A DNA stretch of 46,559 nucleotides from Verrucomicrobiota bacterium (GTDB taxonomy: Bacteria; Verrucomicrobiota; Verrucomicrobiia; Chthoniobacterales; JAFAMB01): the NCBI GenBank assembly GCA_019243005.1, contig JAFAUY010000332.1, positions 1 to 46,559 of the forward strand. The letters are read 5' to 3'. The notes under the pieces are model-generated. The model saw only the letters and a program-made list of their open reading frames with translations. It had not been told where the DNA came from and made no database searches. How positions within the stretch are numbered: position 1 is the stretch's first letter; every line of letters starts with the position of its first letter. Of this stretch, positions 14,563 through 23,340 are shown one piece after another. Both the position numbers and the translations under genes were made by a program.

Positions 14563-14764
14563 TCATTGCGGTGGACGAACCCATTTGCGGTCAACTTTAG
14601 GCTAGGCGAAGGCGGAGGATTGAAGAGTACCCATTCGTAGTATGGCGGCAGGGCGAGAAACCTTTTAGGAAAGGAGGCGCTAGAAACGGATCGGACCTTC
14701 CATTCTGATCGGGGTCCACTCGCAGCTATAACCAGTTACCAAAATTTTACTCAGGAGAACTACC

Positions 14765-16381
14765 ATGCCCATCTATATCCCCCTACCAGGAAGTAAGCGG
14801 AGACTGCTGCCGAATTCGCGGCCGGCCGGTCCGATTGATCCCTCAGCGATAGCGAGCGTGACGGTACGCGTGCGGTCGGCGGGAGATCCCGAGGCGCTCG
14901 CCAGGAAAGCCTATGAGCTGGCCAATACGCCGCTGGCCGAAAGGAAATACCTGACGCACGACGAGCTCGAGAAGCAGTACGGGGCCTCGCAGGAAGACCT
15001 CGACAAGATTGAGCATTTCGCGCAGGAGCACGACCTGATAGTGGTGCACCGCAACGCGGCGGAGCGCTCGGTGGTGCTTAAAGGAAAGTTGGGCGACTTG
15101 CTCGGGGCCTTTCACGCCGACGTGCAGATTTACCACCACGCCACGGGAACCTACCGTGGCCGGAAGGGCGAAATCACCGTGCCGGAAGAGTTGGGCAAAA
15201 TCGTGACGGGCGTCTTCGGGTTCGACACACGGCCGAAGCACCGGGTACCGCACCGTCAAAAAAGCACGGCCCATGACGGGCCTGGCGGCCAGAACGGCGT
15301 GGCGGCGACCGACTTCGCCACCCGGTACCACTTCCCGACCAACCTGAACGGCACGGCGCTGGATGGGACGGGCCAAACCATCGCGATCATCGAGCTCGGC
15401 GGGGGCTACCGCAGCAGCGACCTGAAGGTCTTCTTTAAGGAAATCGGGCTGACGGCCCCGAAAGTCTCGTCGATCTCCGTGGACCACGCGGGCAACGATC
15501 CGACGACGGCCGATTCGGCTGACGGCGAGGTGATGCTGGACATCGAAGTGGCGGGAGCGGTGGCGCCGAAAGCAACGTTCGCGGTCTACTTCGCACCGAA
15601 CAACGGTGACAAAGGGTTTATTGATGCGATCAGCGCAGCCGTCCACGACTCACAACGAAAGCCCGGTGTGATTTCGATCAGCTGGGGTGGCCCGGAAAGT
15701 TCCAACGATCAGCAGAGCATGCAGGCGTACCACGAGTTGTTCGCGGCCGCGGGAGCGCTCGGCATCACGGTATGCATCGCATCGGGCGACCACGGCACGG
15801 CCGATCTGGATGCAAGCGATTGGGATGGCCAGATCCACGTCGACTATCCCGCGTCCGACGACCTGGTACTGGGCTGCGGCGGAACCCAGATCGATTCCGG
15901 CATCGACGTGGTCTGGAACGACGGAACGCCGTTTGACGTGAACGCGCCGGGAGGCGGTGGCTGGGCGAGTGGCGGCGGGATCAGTGGGGTCTTCGCGGTG
16001 CCGTCGTATCAGGCAAACGCGGGCCTGCCGATGTCAATCGATACCGGAAAACCGGGCCGCGGCGTACCGGACATTGCGATGAGCGCGACGAATTATTTCA
16101 CGCGCGTCGACGGTTCAGAGGGAGCCTCGGGCGGAACAAGTGCCGTTGCACCGCTGATGGCGGCGCTGGTCGCGCGGCTGAACCAAGCCAAAAAGAAAAA
16201 CGTGGGCTTTTTAAACCCCTTCCTTTACGCGAACGCGTCGAAGGGCGTGGTGCGTGACGTCACGTCGGGGACGAACGCGATTAAAAACACGCTCAAGGGC
16301 TACGACGCCGGCCCGGGCTGGGACGCCTGCACCGGATTGGGAACACCGGACGGTATGACCATCCTGAATCACTTGGCGTAA
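14765..16381 (+). CDS. Sedolisin (peptidase S53, kumamolisin-like) with pro-enzyme activation domain
   Basis: N-terminal pro-domain: SVTVRVRS...YLTHDELEKQYGASQEDLDKIEHFAQEHDL. Catalytic blocks: GEVMLDIEV, ASGDHGTAD and GGTSAVAPLMAALVARL (S53 Ser). AGGAG lies upstream of the ATG. Confidence 0.9.
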   Translation: MPIYIPLPGSKRRLLPNSRPAGPIDPSAIASVTVRVRSAGDPEALARKAYELANTPLAERKYLTHDELEKQYGASQEDLDKIEHFAQEHDLIVVHRNAAERSVVLKGKLGDLLGAFHADVQIYHHATGTYRGRKGEITVPEELGKIVTGVFGFDTRPKHRVPHRQKSTAHDGPGGQNGVAATDFATRYHFPTNLNGTALDGTGQTIAIIELGGGYRSSDLKVFFKEIGLTAPKVSSISVDHAGNDPTTADSADGEVMLDIEVAGAVAPKATFAVYFAPNNGDKGFIDAISAAVHDSQRKPGVISISWGGPESSNDQQSMQAYHELFAAAGALGITVCIASGDHGTADLDASDWDGQIHVDYPASDDLVLGCGGTQIDSGIDVVWNDGTPFDVNAPGGGGWASGGGISGVFAVPSYQANAGLPMSIDTGKPGRGVPDIAMSATNYFTRVDGSEGASGGTSAVAPLMAALVARLNQAKKKNVGFLNPFLYANASKGVVRDVTSGTNAIKNTLKGYDAGPGWDACTGLGTPDGMTILNHLA

Positions 16382-16739
16382 GGGACGCACCGGCGCTGCT
16401 TCCGGCGCCAAAGGGGGCGAACGGCCGAACGCGTCCGCCGTGGTGATTACCCGGGCGGACGCGGAATGGGGCGCATTGCCGCTCGCCCTTTTGTTGGGCG
16501 CCCTGGCCGTCAGCCCACAGGCGATTGCCACTTATTTCGAACTGCGCGCGAAGCGGCACGGCTTTGATTCCGCGCAATAACGGCTAGGGGCGCTCCCTGC
16601 TTCCGTTATAAAAAATCAGCCAATAACGAAAATTAACTTTGTTTGACGTGATGATCGCTGTACCCAGATTCAATTTGGCGGCCGCTTTAAAACCGTTATG
16701 TGTTAGCCGCCGTGTTGAACGGTTTGCGGCGAAAAGAAT

Positions 16740-17290
16740 TAGGCTATCCAGCTCCGGAAACGGAGTTCACGCCCTTCGACCGGTGGGTCCTTCGGCAGGA
16801 GCCGGAGGGTGACTCGCGGCGGTAACACGGCCGTGAAACTCACAGGCGGCTCCAGAGCCATGTCGAAGCCATCGCGTAATGGTCAGGCTCAGATCTCTCT
16901 GTTTGTGCCCCATCCCCCAGACCCCGTTTTTCGTTTCCCGCAATCTTACCATCGGGCAGGGCTTTATCCCGGAGGGACGGTTGAGGTTAGCCAGGGACTC
17001 CAGCCCGCGGAACCCGTTCCCTTCGGCCCGCATCCCGACGGGACGCAACCCGTTTCTCAACACCCCACCCGGCACTGAACTGACCGGGCTGAAATCAGCT
17101 GCCCCTCCGGGGCAAAGCGGGTCGCCCGGCCTGGTTCGCATGGCCACGGCCAGTTGGCCTGCGTCGCGCGAAGTGGGTTGGTGCTCACGCCGCAGCGGTC
17201 CGGGCTTGAGGCTCGTTTCCACCGGGTGAGGCGTGTGGAACACCAAGCCAGGCTTGCCGGGCCTCACAGCGGACTGAGTTCGGCCTTTCC
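16740..17290. ncRNA. Candidate structured non-coding RNA or long structured leader of unknown class (strand unresolved)
   Basis: No protein-like ORF in any frame. Multi-tier hairpin at 16798-16853: 7 bp ggagccg/cggctcc, 4 bp guga/ucac, 7 bp ucgcggc/gccguga, 9-nt loop. GAAA-tetraloop hairpin cuccg-gaaa-cggag at 16752-16765. Long-range pairs guugag/cucaac (16980-16985/17056-17061) and gugaggc/gccucac (17226-17232/17261-17267) enclose two small hairpins. Confidence 0.2.
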
Positions 17291-17298
17291 TTACATCC

Positions 17299-18024
17299 AT
17301 GAAAGTGATCCATTCTGCTGGCTTATTGTTGATCGGTGTCCTCCTACTTGGTTTTGAAGGCTGCGCCTCTGTAAGCGTCAGGTCCGAGCGGTCCGGCCCG
17401 GCCCGGGCGCCATACCGCTGCCCTGTCGTGCTTTACGTCAAGAATTTTGGTTTTCCACCGCAGGCTTCCGTTCGCGCTGATCGTAGCGGTCAAGAACTCG
17501 TGGCCTTCGAGCAGGGACTCCAAACCAGGTTGCGCACCCAAACGGTGCGCGCGTTAGGGCGGTACGGCCTGCCGGTCGTACCCGTCACGAATCCGAGCGA
17601 ACTCAACAAGTTGCGCCGCCGGCAGCCGGCGTGGTTAATCACCGGACAGTTCACGCGCGTCAACCAGGGCAGCCGCGCGCTGCGGATCGCCTTTGGACTG
17701 GGCGCGGGTGGCACCAAGATGGAAACGGCCGTCCAGGTGTATGAGTTGGCGGAGCGGCAGGGGAAGAACCCGCTGTTTTCCTTTTCCACTTCGGGCGGCA
17801 GCAATGCCGAGCCCGGCATCATCACTTCGGTGGGCCCGCTGGCGCCCACGACCGTACCGGCCGTCGTGATCGCGATTGCGGGCAAAGCGGGGCACGGCGT
17901 CACCGAGGATGAAAAGCGCACGGGGCGGGTTATCGCTGCTAAGGTGTCTGAGGAGTTGGCGGCACGCGGGTGCCTGCCATCGGGGCACAAGCCCGGTAAA
18001 GCCAAGCGGCCAGGCCAGCTCTGA
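17299..18024 (+). CDS. DUF4410-like lipoprotein
   Basis: Lipoprotein signal peptide MKVIHSAGLLLIGVLLLGFEGC with lipobox Cys. The body resembles DUF4410: ITGQFTRVNQGSRALRIAFGLGAGGTKMETAVQVYEL. Confidence 0.75.
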   Translation: MKVIHSAGLLLIGVLLLGFEGCASVSVRSERSGPARAPYRCPVVLYVKNFGFPPQASVRADRSGQELVAFEQGLQTRLRTQTVRALGRYGLPVVPVTNPSELNKLRRRQPAWLITGQFTRVNQGSRALRIAFGLGAGGTKMETAVQVYELAERQGKNPLFSFSTSGGSNAEPGIITSVGPLAPTTVPAVVIAIAGKAGHGVTEDEKRTGRVIAAKVSEELAARGCLPSGHKPGKAKRPGQL

Positions 18025-18033
18025 GCGTCGCCG

Positions 18034-19434
18034 TCACACCGCTTCGCCGCCCACGTACGTACGGATCGCCCTTGCCAGGGCTCCCCTGAAGACCAGTTTG
18101 GAGAGCACAAGTTCGGCGTCGGTGCGCTCGGTCAACGGTTCCTCGAAGGCGTCTACGCGGTCGACATCCCATACCACCAGGTCGGCTTCAAATCCCGGTG
18201 CGATCTGGCCGAGTTTCCGTTCCGGCCAAAGAATTTCGGCGCCGCCCACCGTCGCGACCCGGAAAAGGTCTGCCAGGCTCGGTTCCGACCCGGTGCCGGT
18301 TAAGACCACGCGCAACTTGTGGCTGTAGCTGGCCCCCTTCATTACTTGCCAAGGATTCAGTTCCGGTCCGGCCCCCACGTCGCTTCCCAGTCCGATCGCA
18401 ACGCCTTCCGATCGCATCCGGCTCCAATCCATTACGCCGCTCCGGAGAAACAGATTTGCAGTCGGACAGTGAGCGACTTTGGTACCCGTTTCCCTTAAGG
18501 CCGCGTACTCACGATCGGAAAGGTAGATGGCGTGGCCTACGATGGTCTGCGGCCCCAGTAACCCGTGTTGTTCGTAAACGTGCGTGTAATCGATCGCTTT
18601 GGGAAATGATTTGCGCACGGCCACAAGTTCCGCCGGGTTTTCGGCCAGATGCGTTTGGATGAACGCCCCCGTCGCGCGTGCCAATTCTCCGGTGGCGCGC
18701 ATCAGTTCCGACGAACAGGTCAGCGCAAACCGCGGGCTGAAAGCGTACCGGATCCGGCCGCGCGCCGCGCCATGCCAGCGGCGGCAAAGGCGCTCGCCTT
18801 CCTCCAGCACACGCCGGGTCAGCGCCCGGGAATCCCGGGCGAGGTAGGAATTTACGTCCATCATCATCTGTCCCATCGCGATCCGTAACTTGCTCCGGCG
18901 CGCCGCCTGGAAACAAACTTCGGTACTCTCCGGGCAAGCCGTCACGTAAACCGCCGCCGAGGTGATCCCGTTGCGTTTGAGTTCTGCGAAAAACCGGGAT
19001 GCCTCCCGGGTGGCGCGCTCCGGCGTGAAATGTTTTTCGAGAGGAAAAATGTAGCGCTGCAACCACGGCAAGAGCTCAAGCCCGCCCTGAGCCACCGCCG
19101 GGTATTGCGGAAGGTGGCAGTGCACATCGACAAAACCAGGGGTGATCAGGCGCGAACGCCAATCTTCCCAGCTGATCGTCCGGGCGCGCGGCCTTTCCTG
19201 CCAGGAACCTGCGTAGGTGATGAGGCCGGAGCCATCCCAGACGATCGCGCCATCCTGATGCGCCGTGACTTTGCCGGGCCGCGGCGAATTCAGGAGGTAG
19301 CCGCGTAGGCCGCGCCGGGGCGCGCTGCTGCCCGGTTCGGAGCCGTCCGTCGATTTGGATAGCGGCTTCCGACTCGTTCGGTCAGCCGGTACAAAGTTCA
19401 AATTCCGGGTCAGCGCCATATGGTTTGCCATCAT
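18034..19434 (-). CDS. guaD: Guanine deaminase-like amidohydrolase
   Basis: LITPGFVDVHCHLPQYPAVAQGGLELLPWLQRYIFPLEKHF ... IQTHLAENPAE ... VGHAIYLSD ... VAHCPTANLFL ... GLGSDVGAG are metal-dependent amidohydrolase/guanine deaminase blocks. The first ~158 aa of the 624-aa ORF are Arg/Ser-rich and overlap uraD, so the start is set at the ATG pair 19434/19431 (19419 also possible). Confidence 0.85.
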   Translation of the reverse strand: MMANHMALTRNLNFVPADRTSRKPLSKSTDGSEPGSSAPRRGLRGYLLNSPRPGKVTAHQDGAIVWDGSGLITYAGSWQERPRARTISWEDWRSRLITPGFVDVHCHLPQYPAVAQGGLELLPWLQRYIFPLEKHFTPERATREASRFFAELKRNGITSAAVYVTACPESTEVCFQAARRSKLRIAMGQMMMDVNSYLARDSRALTRRVLEEGERLCRRWHGAARGRIRYAFSPRFALTCSSELMRATGELARATGAFIQTHLAENPAELVAVRKSFPKAIDYTHVYEQHGLLGPQTIVGHAIYLSDREYAALRETGTKVAHCPTANLFLRSGVMDWSRMRSEGVAIGLGSDVGAGPELNPWQVMKGASYSHKLRVVLTGTGSEPSLADLFRVATVGGAEILWPERKLGQIAPGFEADLVVWDVDRVDAFEEPLTERTDAELVLSKLVFRGALARAIRTYVGGEAV

Positions 19435-19609
19435 GCTCTCGATGGCGAACGATCCTATAGCAGGTCTGGTGCCGGTTGGGAAATCCTGGCCTGGAGGAGA
19501 AAACGGGCACGGAACACAACCTGGCGCTGATGCTCGCGCGAAAATTTTTCTGGCTGATGAGGGACTCTCCATGACCGGCAACGCAGGAAATTTGATCTGA
19601 TTGGATCCC

Positions 19610-20152
19610 ATGATTGCTCTCGAGGATCTTAACCCGCTGGACCGTGCTTCGTTTGTATCGGCGTTGGACGGCATTTTTGAGCATTCACCGTGGATCGCGG
19701 AGCAGGCCTGGGAACGGCGCCCGTTTGCGGATCTGCGCCAGTTGCACCAGACACTGGTAGAGGTGGTGCAAGCATCTTCAGAGGAGGACAAGCTGCGCCT
19801 GATTCGCGCCCATCCCGATCTCGTGGGTGCGGCGGCGCGTGCCGGCACCCTGACCAGGGAATCGACCGCCGAACAGGCGCGTATCGATGATTTAACGCCT
19901 GAGGACATCGCCCGTTTTGAGCGTGATAACGCGCGCTATTGGGAGCGGTTTGGGTTTCCCTTCGTGATCTGCGTCCGCGAAAATAAAAAGCAGGCGATCC
20001 TTGCCGGTTTTACGTCCCGTTTGCGGCATGACCCTGCCACCGAGCAGCGCAACGCGCTGGACGAGATTTCCAAGATCGCCTGGTACCGGCTTAAAGATCG
20101 TATCTGCGAACCACCTACGCACCCCGCGGACATGGACTACCGACATGGCTGA
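19610..20152 (+). CDS. uraD: OHCU decarboxylase (2-oxo-4-hydroxy-4-carboxy-5-ureidoimidazoline decarboxylase)
   Basis: FVSALDGIFEHSPWIAEQAWERRPFADLRQLHQTLVEVV...EDKLRLIRAHPDLVG ... FERDNARYWERFGFPFVICVRENKK is the canonical OHCU decarboxylase pattern. Confidence 0.9.
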   Translation: MIALEDLNPLDRASFVSALDGIFEHSPWIAEQAWERRPFADLRQLHQTLVEVVQASSEEDKLRLIRAHPDLVGAAARAGTLTRESTAEQARIDDLTPEDIARFERDNARYWERFGFPFVICVRENKKQAILAGFTSRLRHDPATEQRNALDEISKIAWYRLKDRICEPPTHPADMDYRHG

Positions 20153-20471
20153 ACTCACCACTCACGTGCTCGATATCCTGCGCGGCGTTCCCGCCGCCGG
20201 AATGAGGATCGATCTGGTAAGGGATGATCAAATCACCCGAACCTTTTGGACCAATGCAAACGGGCGTACCGATACCCCTTTGCTCACGAAGGACGAATTT
20301 CGGGCCGGGAGGTATCAGTTGATCTTTTACGTCGGTGACTACTTCCAGATAGAGGGAACTCCTTTTCTGGATCGGGTGCCGATCTGGTTCGGCGTAGCGG
20401 ATTCCACGCAGCACTACCACGTGCCTTTGGTCGTCTCGCCCTGGGCCTACCAAACCTACCGCGGCAGCTGA
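20145..20471 (+). CDS. uraH: 5-hydroxyisourate hydrolase (transthyretin-like)
   Basis: MAELTTHVLDILRGVPAAGMRIDL ... YHVPLVVSPWAYQTYRGS carries the characteristic YRGS C-terminus. Its ATG overlaps the uraD stop (atggctga). Confidence 0.9.
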   Translation: MAELTTHVLDILRGVPAAGMRIDLVRDDQITRTFWTNANGRTDTPLLTKDEFRAGRYQLIFYVGDYFQIEGTPFLDRVPIWFGVADSTQHYHVPLVVSPWAYQTYRGS

Positions 20472-20519
20472 GATAAAATGCTGGTCGCAAACCGCCGGAG
20501 CACGCAAACCAGAGGAGCG

Positions 20520-21389
20520 ATGAACGGAATTGAAATCATTTCTCAACGGTACGGAAAAAGACGCGTTCGTGTTTTGCGCGTCGTACGCGGGGCGGACAGC
20601 ACGCACACGGTCCATGAAGTCGAGGTCGCAGCCCTGTTGGATGGCGATTTTTCCGGCGCTTACCTCTCGGGTGACAACGGCCAGGTCGTGCCCACCGATA
20701 CCATTAAGAATACCATCCAGGTGCTGGCCCAAAAACACCTCGGCGCGGAGATCGAGGAGTTCGCGTTGACGTTAAGTGATCATTTCCTCAGCCGTTACAC
20801 GCAGGTGAGCCGGGTGTACGTCGAAATCTCGTCCCGTCCGTGGACCCGGTACACCCGCGCGGATGGAACGCCGCACCCGCACGTTTTCCTGGGAGGCGCC
20901 AAGCCAACGCCGTTTTCATGCGTGGAAATGACCCGCACGGGCGTGCAGGTGGTGTCCGGTGTCCGGGATTTACTCATCCTCAAGTCGACCGCATCCGCGT
21001 TCAAGGGCTACCCAAAATGCGAGTACACAACCTTACCGGAAACCGACGATCGCATCCTGTCTACACAGGTAGAGGGTAGTTGGACCTTTTTGGGGCGTGA
21101 CGTGAACTTCGCAAAAGCCAACGCCGCGATCGTTTCGGCAATGTTGGAGACCTTCGCGGAAACGTTCAGCCCGTCCGTACAGAACACCCTTTACCTCATG
21201 GCGGGCGCTGCGTTGCAAGCCGCCCCCGAGGTCACTGACATCTATCTCGCGCTGCCAAACAAGCACTACCTATCCGTCGATTTCACACCGTTCAGCCAGG
21301 AAAACCACAAGGAAATTTTTCTGCCGACCGATGAACCGCATGGCCAGATTGAGGCTCGCGTGAGCCGCTCCGCACCAAAGCGAGAGTAA
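20520..21389 (+). CDS. uox: Urate oxidase (cofactor-independent uricase)
   Basis: RYGKRRVRVLRVVR...HTVHEVEVAALLDGDF...SGDNGQVVPTDTIKNTI ... LILKSTASAFKGY. AGAGGAG lies upstream of the ATG at 20520. Confidence 0.9.
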   Translation: MNGIEIISQRYGKRRVRVLRVVRGADSTHTVHEVEVAALLDGDFSGAYLSGDNGQVVPTDTIKNTIQVLAQKHLGAEIEEFALTLSDHFLSRYTQVSRVYVEISSRPWTRYTRADGTPHPHVFLGGAKPTPFSCVEMTRTGVQVVSGVRDLLILKSTASAFKGYPKCEYTTLPETDDRILSTQVEGSWTFLGRDVNFAKANAAIVSAMLETFAETFSPSVQNTLYLMAGAALQAAPEVTDIYLALPNKHYLSVDFTPFSQENHKEIFLPTDEPHGQIEARVSRSAPKRE

Positions 21390-21539
21390 GCACCCTGTAG
21401 ATCAGGCCTCCGGCTGCGGGAAACGCGTGCGGAAACGCACCGGACCGGCGGCATGATCGCGGCCACCGCGTCGAAATCGACCGACGTCTCAAGACTTGAA
21501 GTCGGCAACAAACAAACCAACTTTTAGTGCCATTGACCA

Positions 21540-22298
21540 ATGAGGCAAGCTTCAACCCACGGCATTCGTATCAAGCTGATTAATCCGAACACGACGTTGA
21601 GCATGACCCGGAACATGACGGCATGCGCTGAGCGCATCGCCGGTTCCCGAACCGAGATCATCGGGGTTAGCCCGGACATGGGGCCGCCTTCGATTGAAGG
21701 GTACTACGACGAAGCGCTGGCGACGCCTGGACTGCTGGCTGAGGTGATTAAAGGCGAACGCGCCGGTTGCGATGGGTACGTAATCGCCTGTTTCGGTGAT
21801 CCCGGCCTGCAGGCCGCGCGCGAACTCGCGCGCGGTCCGGTCGTCGGCATTGCGGAGGCCGCGATGCACGTTGCCAGCTTCATTGCGCCGTCGTTCAGCG
21901 TCGTCACGACCCTGGGACGCACCTGCGGGATGGCGTGGCATTTGGCCGAACGCTACGGTCTGAAGCGCTTTTGCCGCAACGTGCGCGCCGTGGAAATCGC
22001 CGTCCTTGAACTGGAAGACCCCTCATCGGACGCACGCCGCCGCATCATTGAAGAATGCCAGCGGGCGCTCGACGAAGATGGGTCAACCGCCATCGTTCTC
22101 GGCTGTGCCGGCATGGTTGACCTCAGCTACGCCATCAGTGAAAAAATCAACGCACCGGTGGTGGAAGGCGTGACGGCGGCCGTGAAGCTGGTTGAAGCGT
22201 TGGTTACCCTCGGGCTGGTCACGGCCAAACGAGGGGAGTACGCCCTTCCCTTGCCGAAAACCTACGGCGGATTGCTATCGGGCTTCAGCCCGGTGTAG
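21540..22298 (+). CDS. hpxA: Asp/Glu/hydantoin racemase family protein, likely allantoin racemase
   Basis: IRIKLINPNTTLSMT ... GYVIACFGDPGLQAARE ... VVGIAEAAMH ... AIVLGCAGM. The allantoin substrate is inferred from its position between uricase and allantoinase genes. Confidence 0.75.
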   Translation: MRQASTHGIRIKLINPNTTLSMTRNMTACAERIAGSRTEIIGVSPDMGPPSIEGYYDEALATPGLLAEVIKGERAGCDGYVIACFGDPGLQAARELARGPVVGIAEAAMHVASFIAPSFSVVTTLGRTCGMAWHLAERYGLKRFCRNVRAVEIAVLELEDPSSDARRRIIEECQRALDEDGSTAIVLGCAGMVDLSYAISEKINAPVVEGVTAAVKLVEALVTLGLVTAKRGEYALPLPKTYGGLLSGFSPV

Positions 22299-22345
22299 GT
22301 TGGTTTCCTTCGAGCGGGCAAGGATGGGCCTCCCGGTGCGAGCAG

Positions 22346-23284
22346 ATGCCTTCTCAAAATAACTATCCGCGGGATTTGATCGGGTACGGCCGGAAGCAGG
22401 TATTTGCCGACTGGCCGGCGCAGGCACGGGTGGCCGTGCAGTTTGTTCTTAACTATGAGGAAGGCGGCGAAAACTGCGTGCTGCACGGCGATCCGGCTTC
22501 GGAGCGATTTCTCTCGGAGATCGTGGGTGCCGAGGCTTACCCGGCTCGCCACCTGAGCATGGAATCGATCTACGAATACGGATCGCGTGCGGGGGTCTGG
22601 CGAATTCTCCGGGAATTCGAAACGCGCCGGTTGCCGTTGACCATCTTCGGCGTGTCGATGGCGCTGGAGCGTAACCCGGAGGTCACCAACGCTTTCGTCG
22701 AACTTGGTCACGAAATTGCGTGTCACGGCTGGCGTTGGATTCATTACCAGAACGTCGATGAGGGCACCGAACGCGAACACATGCGCATCGGCATTGAGAT
22801 CATCGAGCGGCTCACGGGCGCTGCCCCCCTGGGCTGGTACACCGGGCGGGACAGCCCGAATACGCGGCGTCTCCTGGTCGAACGGGGCGGCTTCCTGTAC
22901 GACTCGGATTACTACGGGGATGACCTTCCCTTCTGGATGCAGGTCGAAGTGGGCCAGGGCGACTTCAGGCCGCACCTCGTGGTGCCTTACACGCTGGACG
23001 CCAATGACATGCGCTTTGCCACCCCGCAAGGTTTCAATACGGGAGACCATTTTTTCGCCTATCTGCGGGACGCGTTTGACGTCTTGTACGAGGAAGGTTC
23101 CGAAACCCCCAAGATGATGTCGATCGGCATGCATTGCCGGTTGCTCGGCCGTCCGGGGCGATTTCGCGGGCTCCAGCGTTTCCTGGATCATATCGAAAAA
23201 CATGACCGGGTATGGGTAGCGCGCCGCGTCGATATCGCCAGGCACTGGTGCCAGCGGCACCCCTACAAGGTCGCCCACGCATAA
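22346..23284 (+). CDS. puuE: Allantoinase PuuE (polysaccharide-deacetylase fold)
   Basis: YPRDLIGYGRKQVFADWPAQARVAVQFVLNYEEGGENCVLHGDPASERFLSE ... GHEIACHGWRWIHY ... MSIGMHCRLLGRPGR. Confidence 0.9.
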   Translation: MPSQNNYPRDLIGYGRKQVFADWPAQARVAVQFVLNYEEGGENCVLHGDPASERFLSEIVGAEAYPARHLSMESIYEYGSRAGVWRILREFETRRLPLTIFGVSMALERNPEVTNAFVELGHEIACHGWRWIHYQNVDEGTEREHMRIGIEIIERLTGAAPLGWYTGRDSPNTRRLLVERGGFLYDSDYYGDDLPFWMQVEVGQGDFRPHLVVPYTLDANDMRFATPQGFNTGDHFFAYLRDAFDVLYEEGSETPKMMSIGMHCRLLGRPGRFRGLQRFLDHIEKHDRVWVARRVDIARHWCQRHPYKVAHA

Positions 23285-23340
23285 GGGCCGTTGCGCGACG
23301 AGCGAACTAATGGAGAATGGTCGAGTAGCTTCCCATTCTC

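Noticed and set aside
16440-16580. 46-codon GTG-initiated ORF after the sedolisin gene, encoding a single TM-like helix (EWGALPLALLLGALAVSPQAIATYFELRAKRH)
   Set aside because: It is below any reliable size threshold, with no Shine-Dalgarno and no recognisable family. It could be real but cannot be supported from sequence alone.
16586-16660. tmRNA-like stretch: aaaaaatca gcc aat aac gaa aat taa resembles the A-rich run plus ANDEN... tag start of ssrA
   Set aside because: The putative tag would be only 5 codons and lacks the hydrophobic ...LAA-type end. There is no tRNA-like acceptor/T-arm (no GGTTCGA-type T-loop, no CCA-proximal helix) at the expected distances on either side, in either standard or permuted order.
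16798-16860. Similarity of ggugacucgcggcgguaacacggccgugaaacucacagg to RNase P (gguaaca...guaaacuc) and to the cobalamin riboswitch core (gcugacgcgcagcgguaa)
   Set aside because: The universally conserved RNase P element gaggaaaguccgggc and the B12 box are absent on both strands. The order of the partial matches does not fit either model. It is kept only as an unclassified hairpin.
16767-17300. 177-aa minus-strand ORF, plus the 89- and 116-aa plus-strand ORFs, in the coding desert
   Set aside because: The translations are dominated by Arg/Pro/Gly/Ser and have no hydrophobic core periodicity or motifs. The ORFs overlap each other in different frames. They are treated as non-coding.
19435-19908. 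N-terminal 158 codons of the 624-aa ORF containing guaD
   Set aside because: This part is Ser/Arg/Ala-rich with no amidohydrolase similarity, and it overlaps uraD on the other strand. Guanine deaminases are about 430-470 aa, which fits the internal ATG at 19434.
22262-23278. 338-aa minus-strand ORF covering puuE
   Set aside because: It is a shadow ORF. The plus-strand product has unmistakable PuuE allantoinase blocks, and the minus-strand translation has no family-like motifs.
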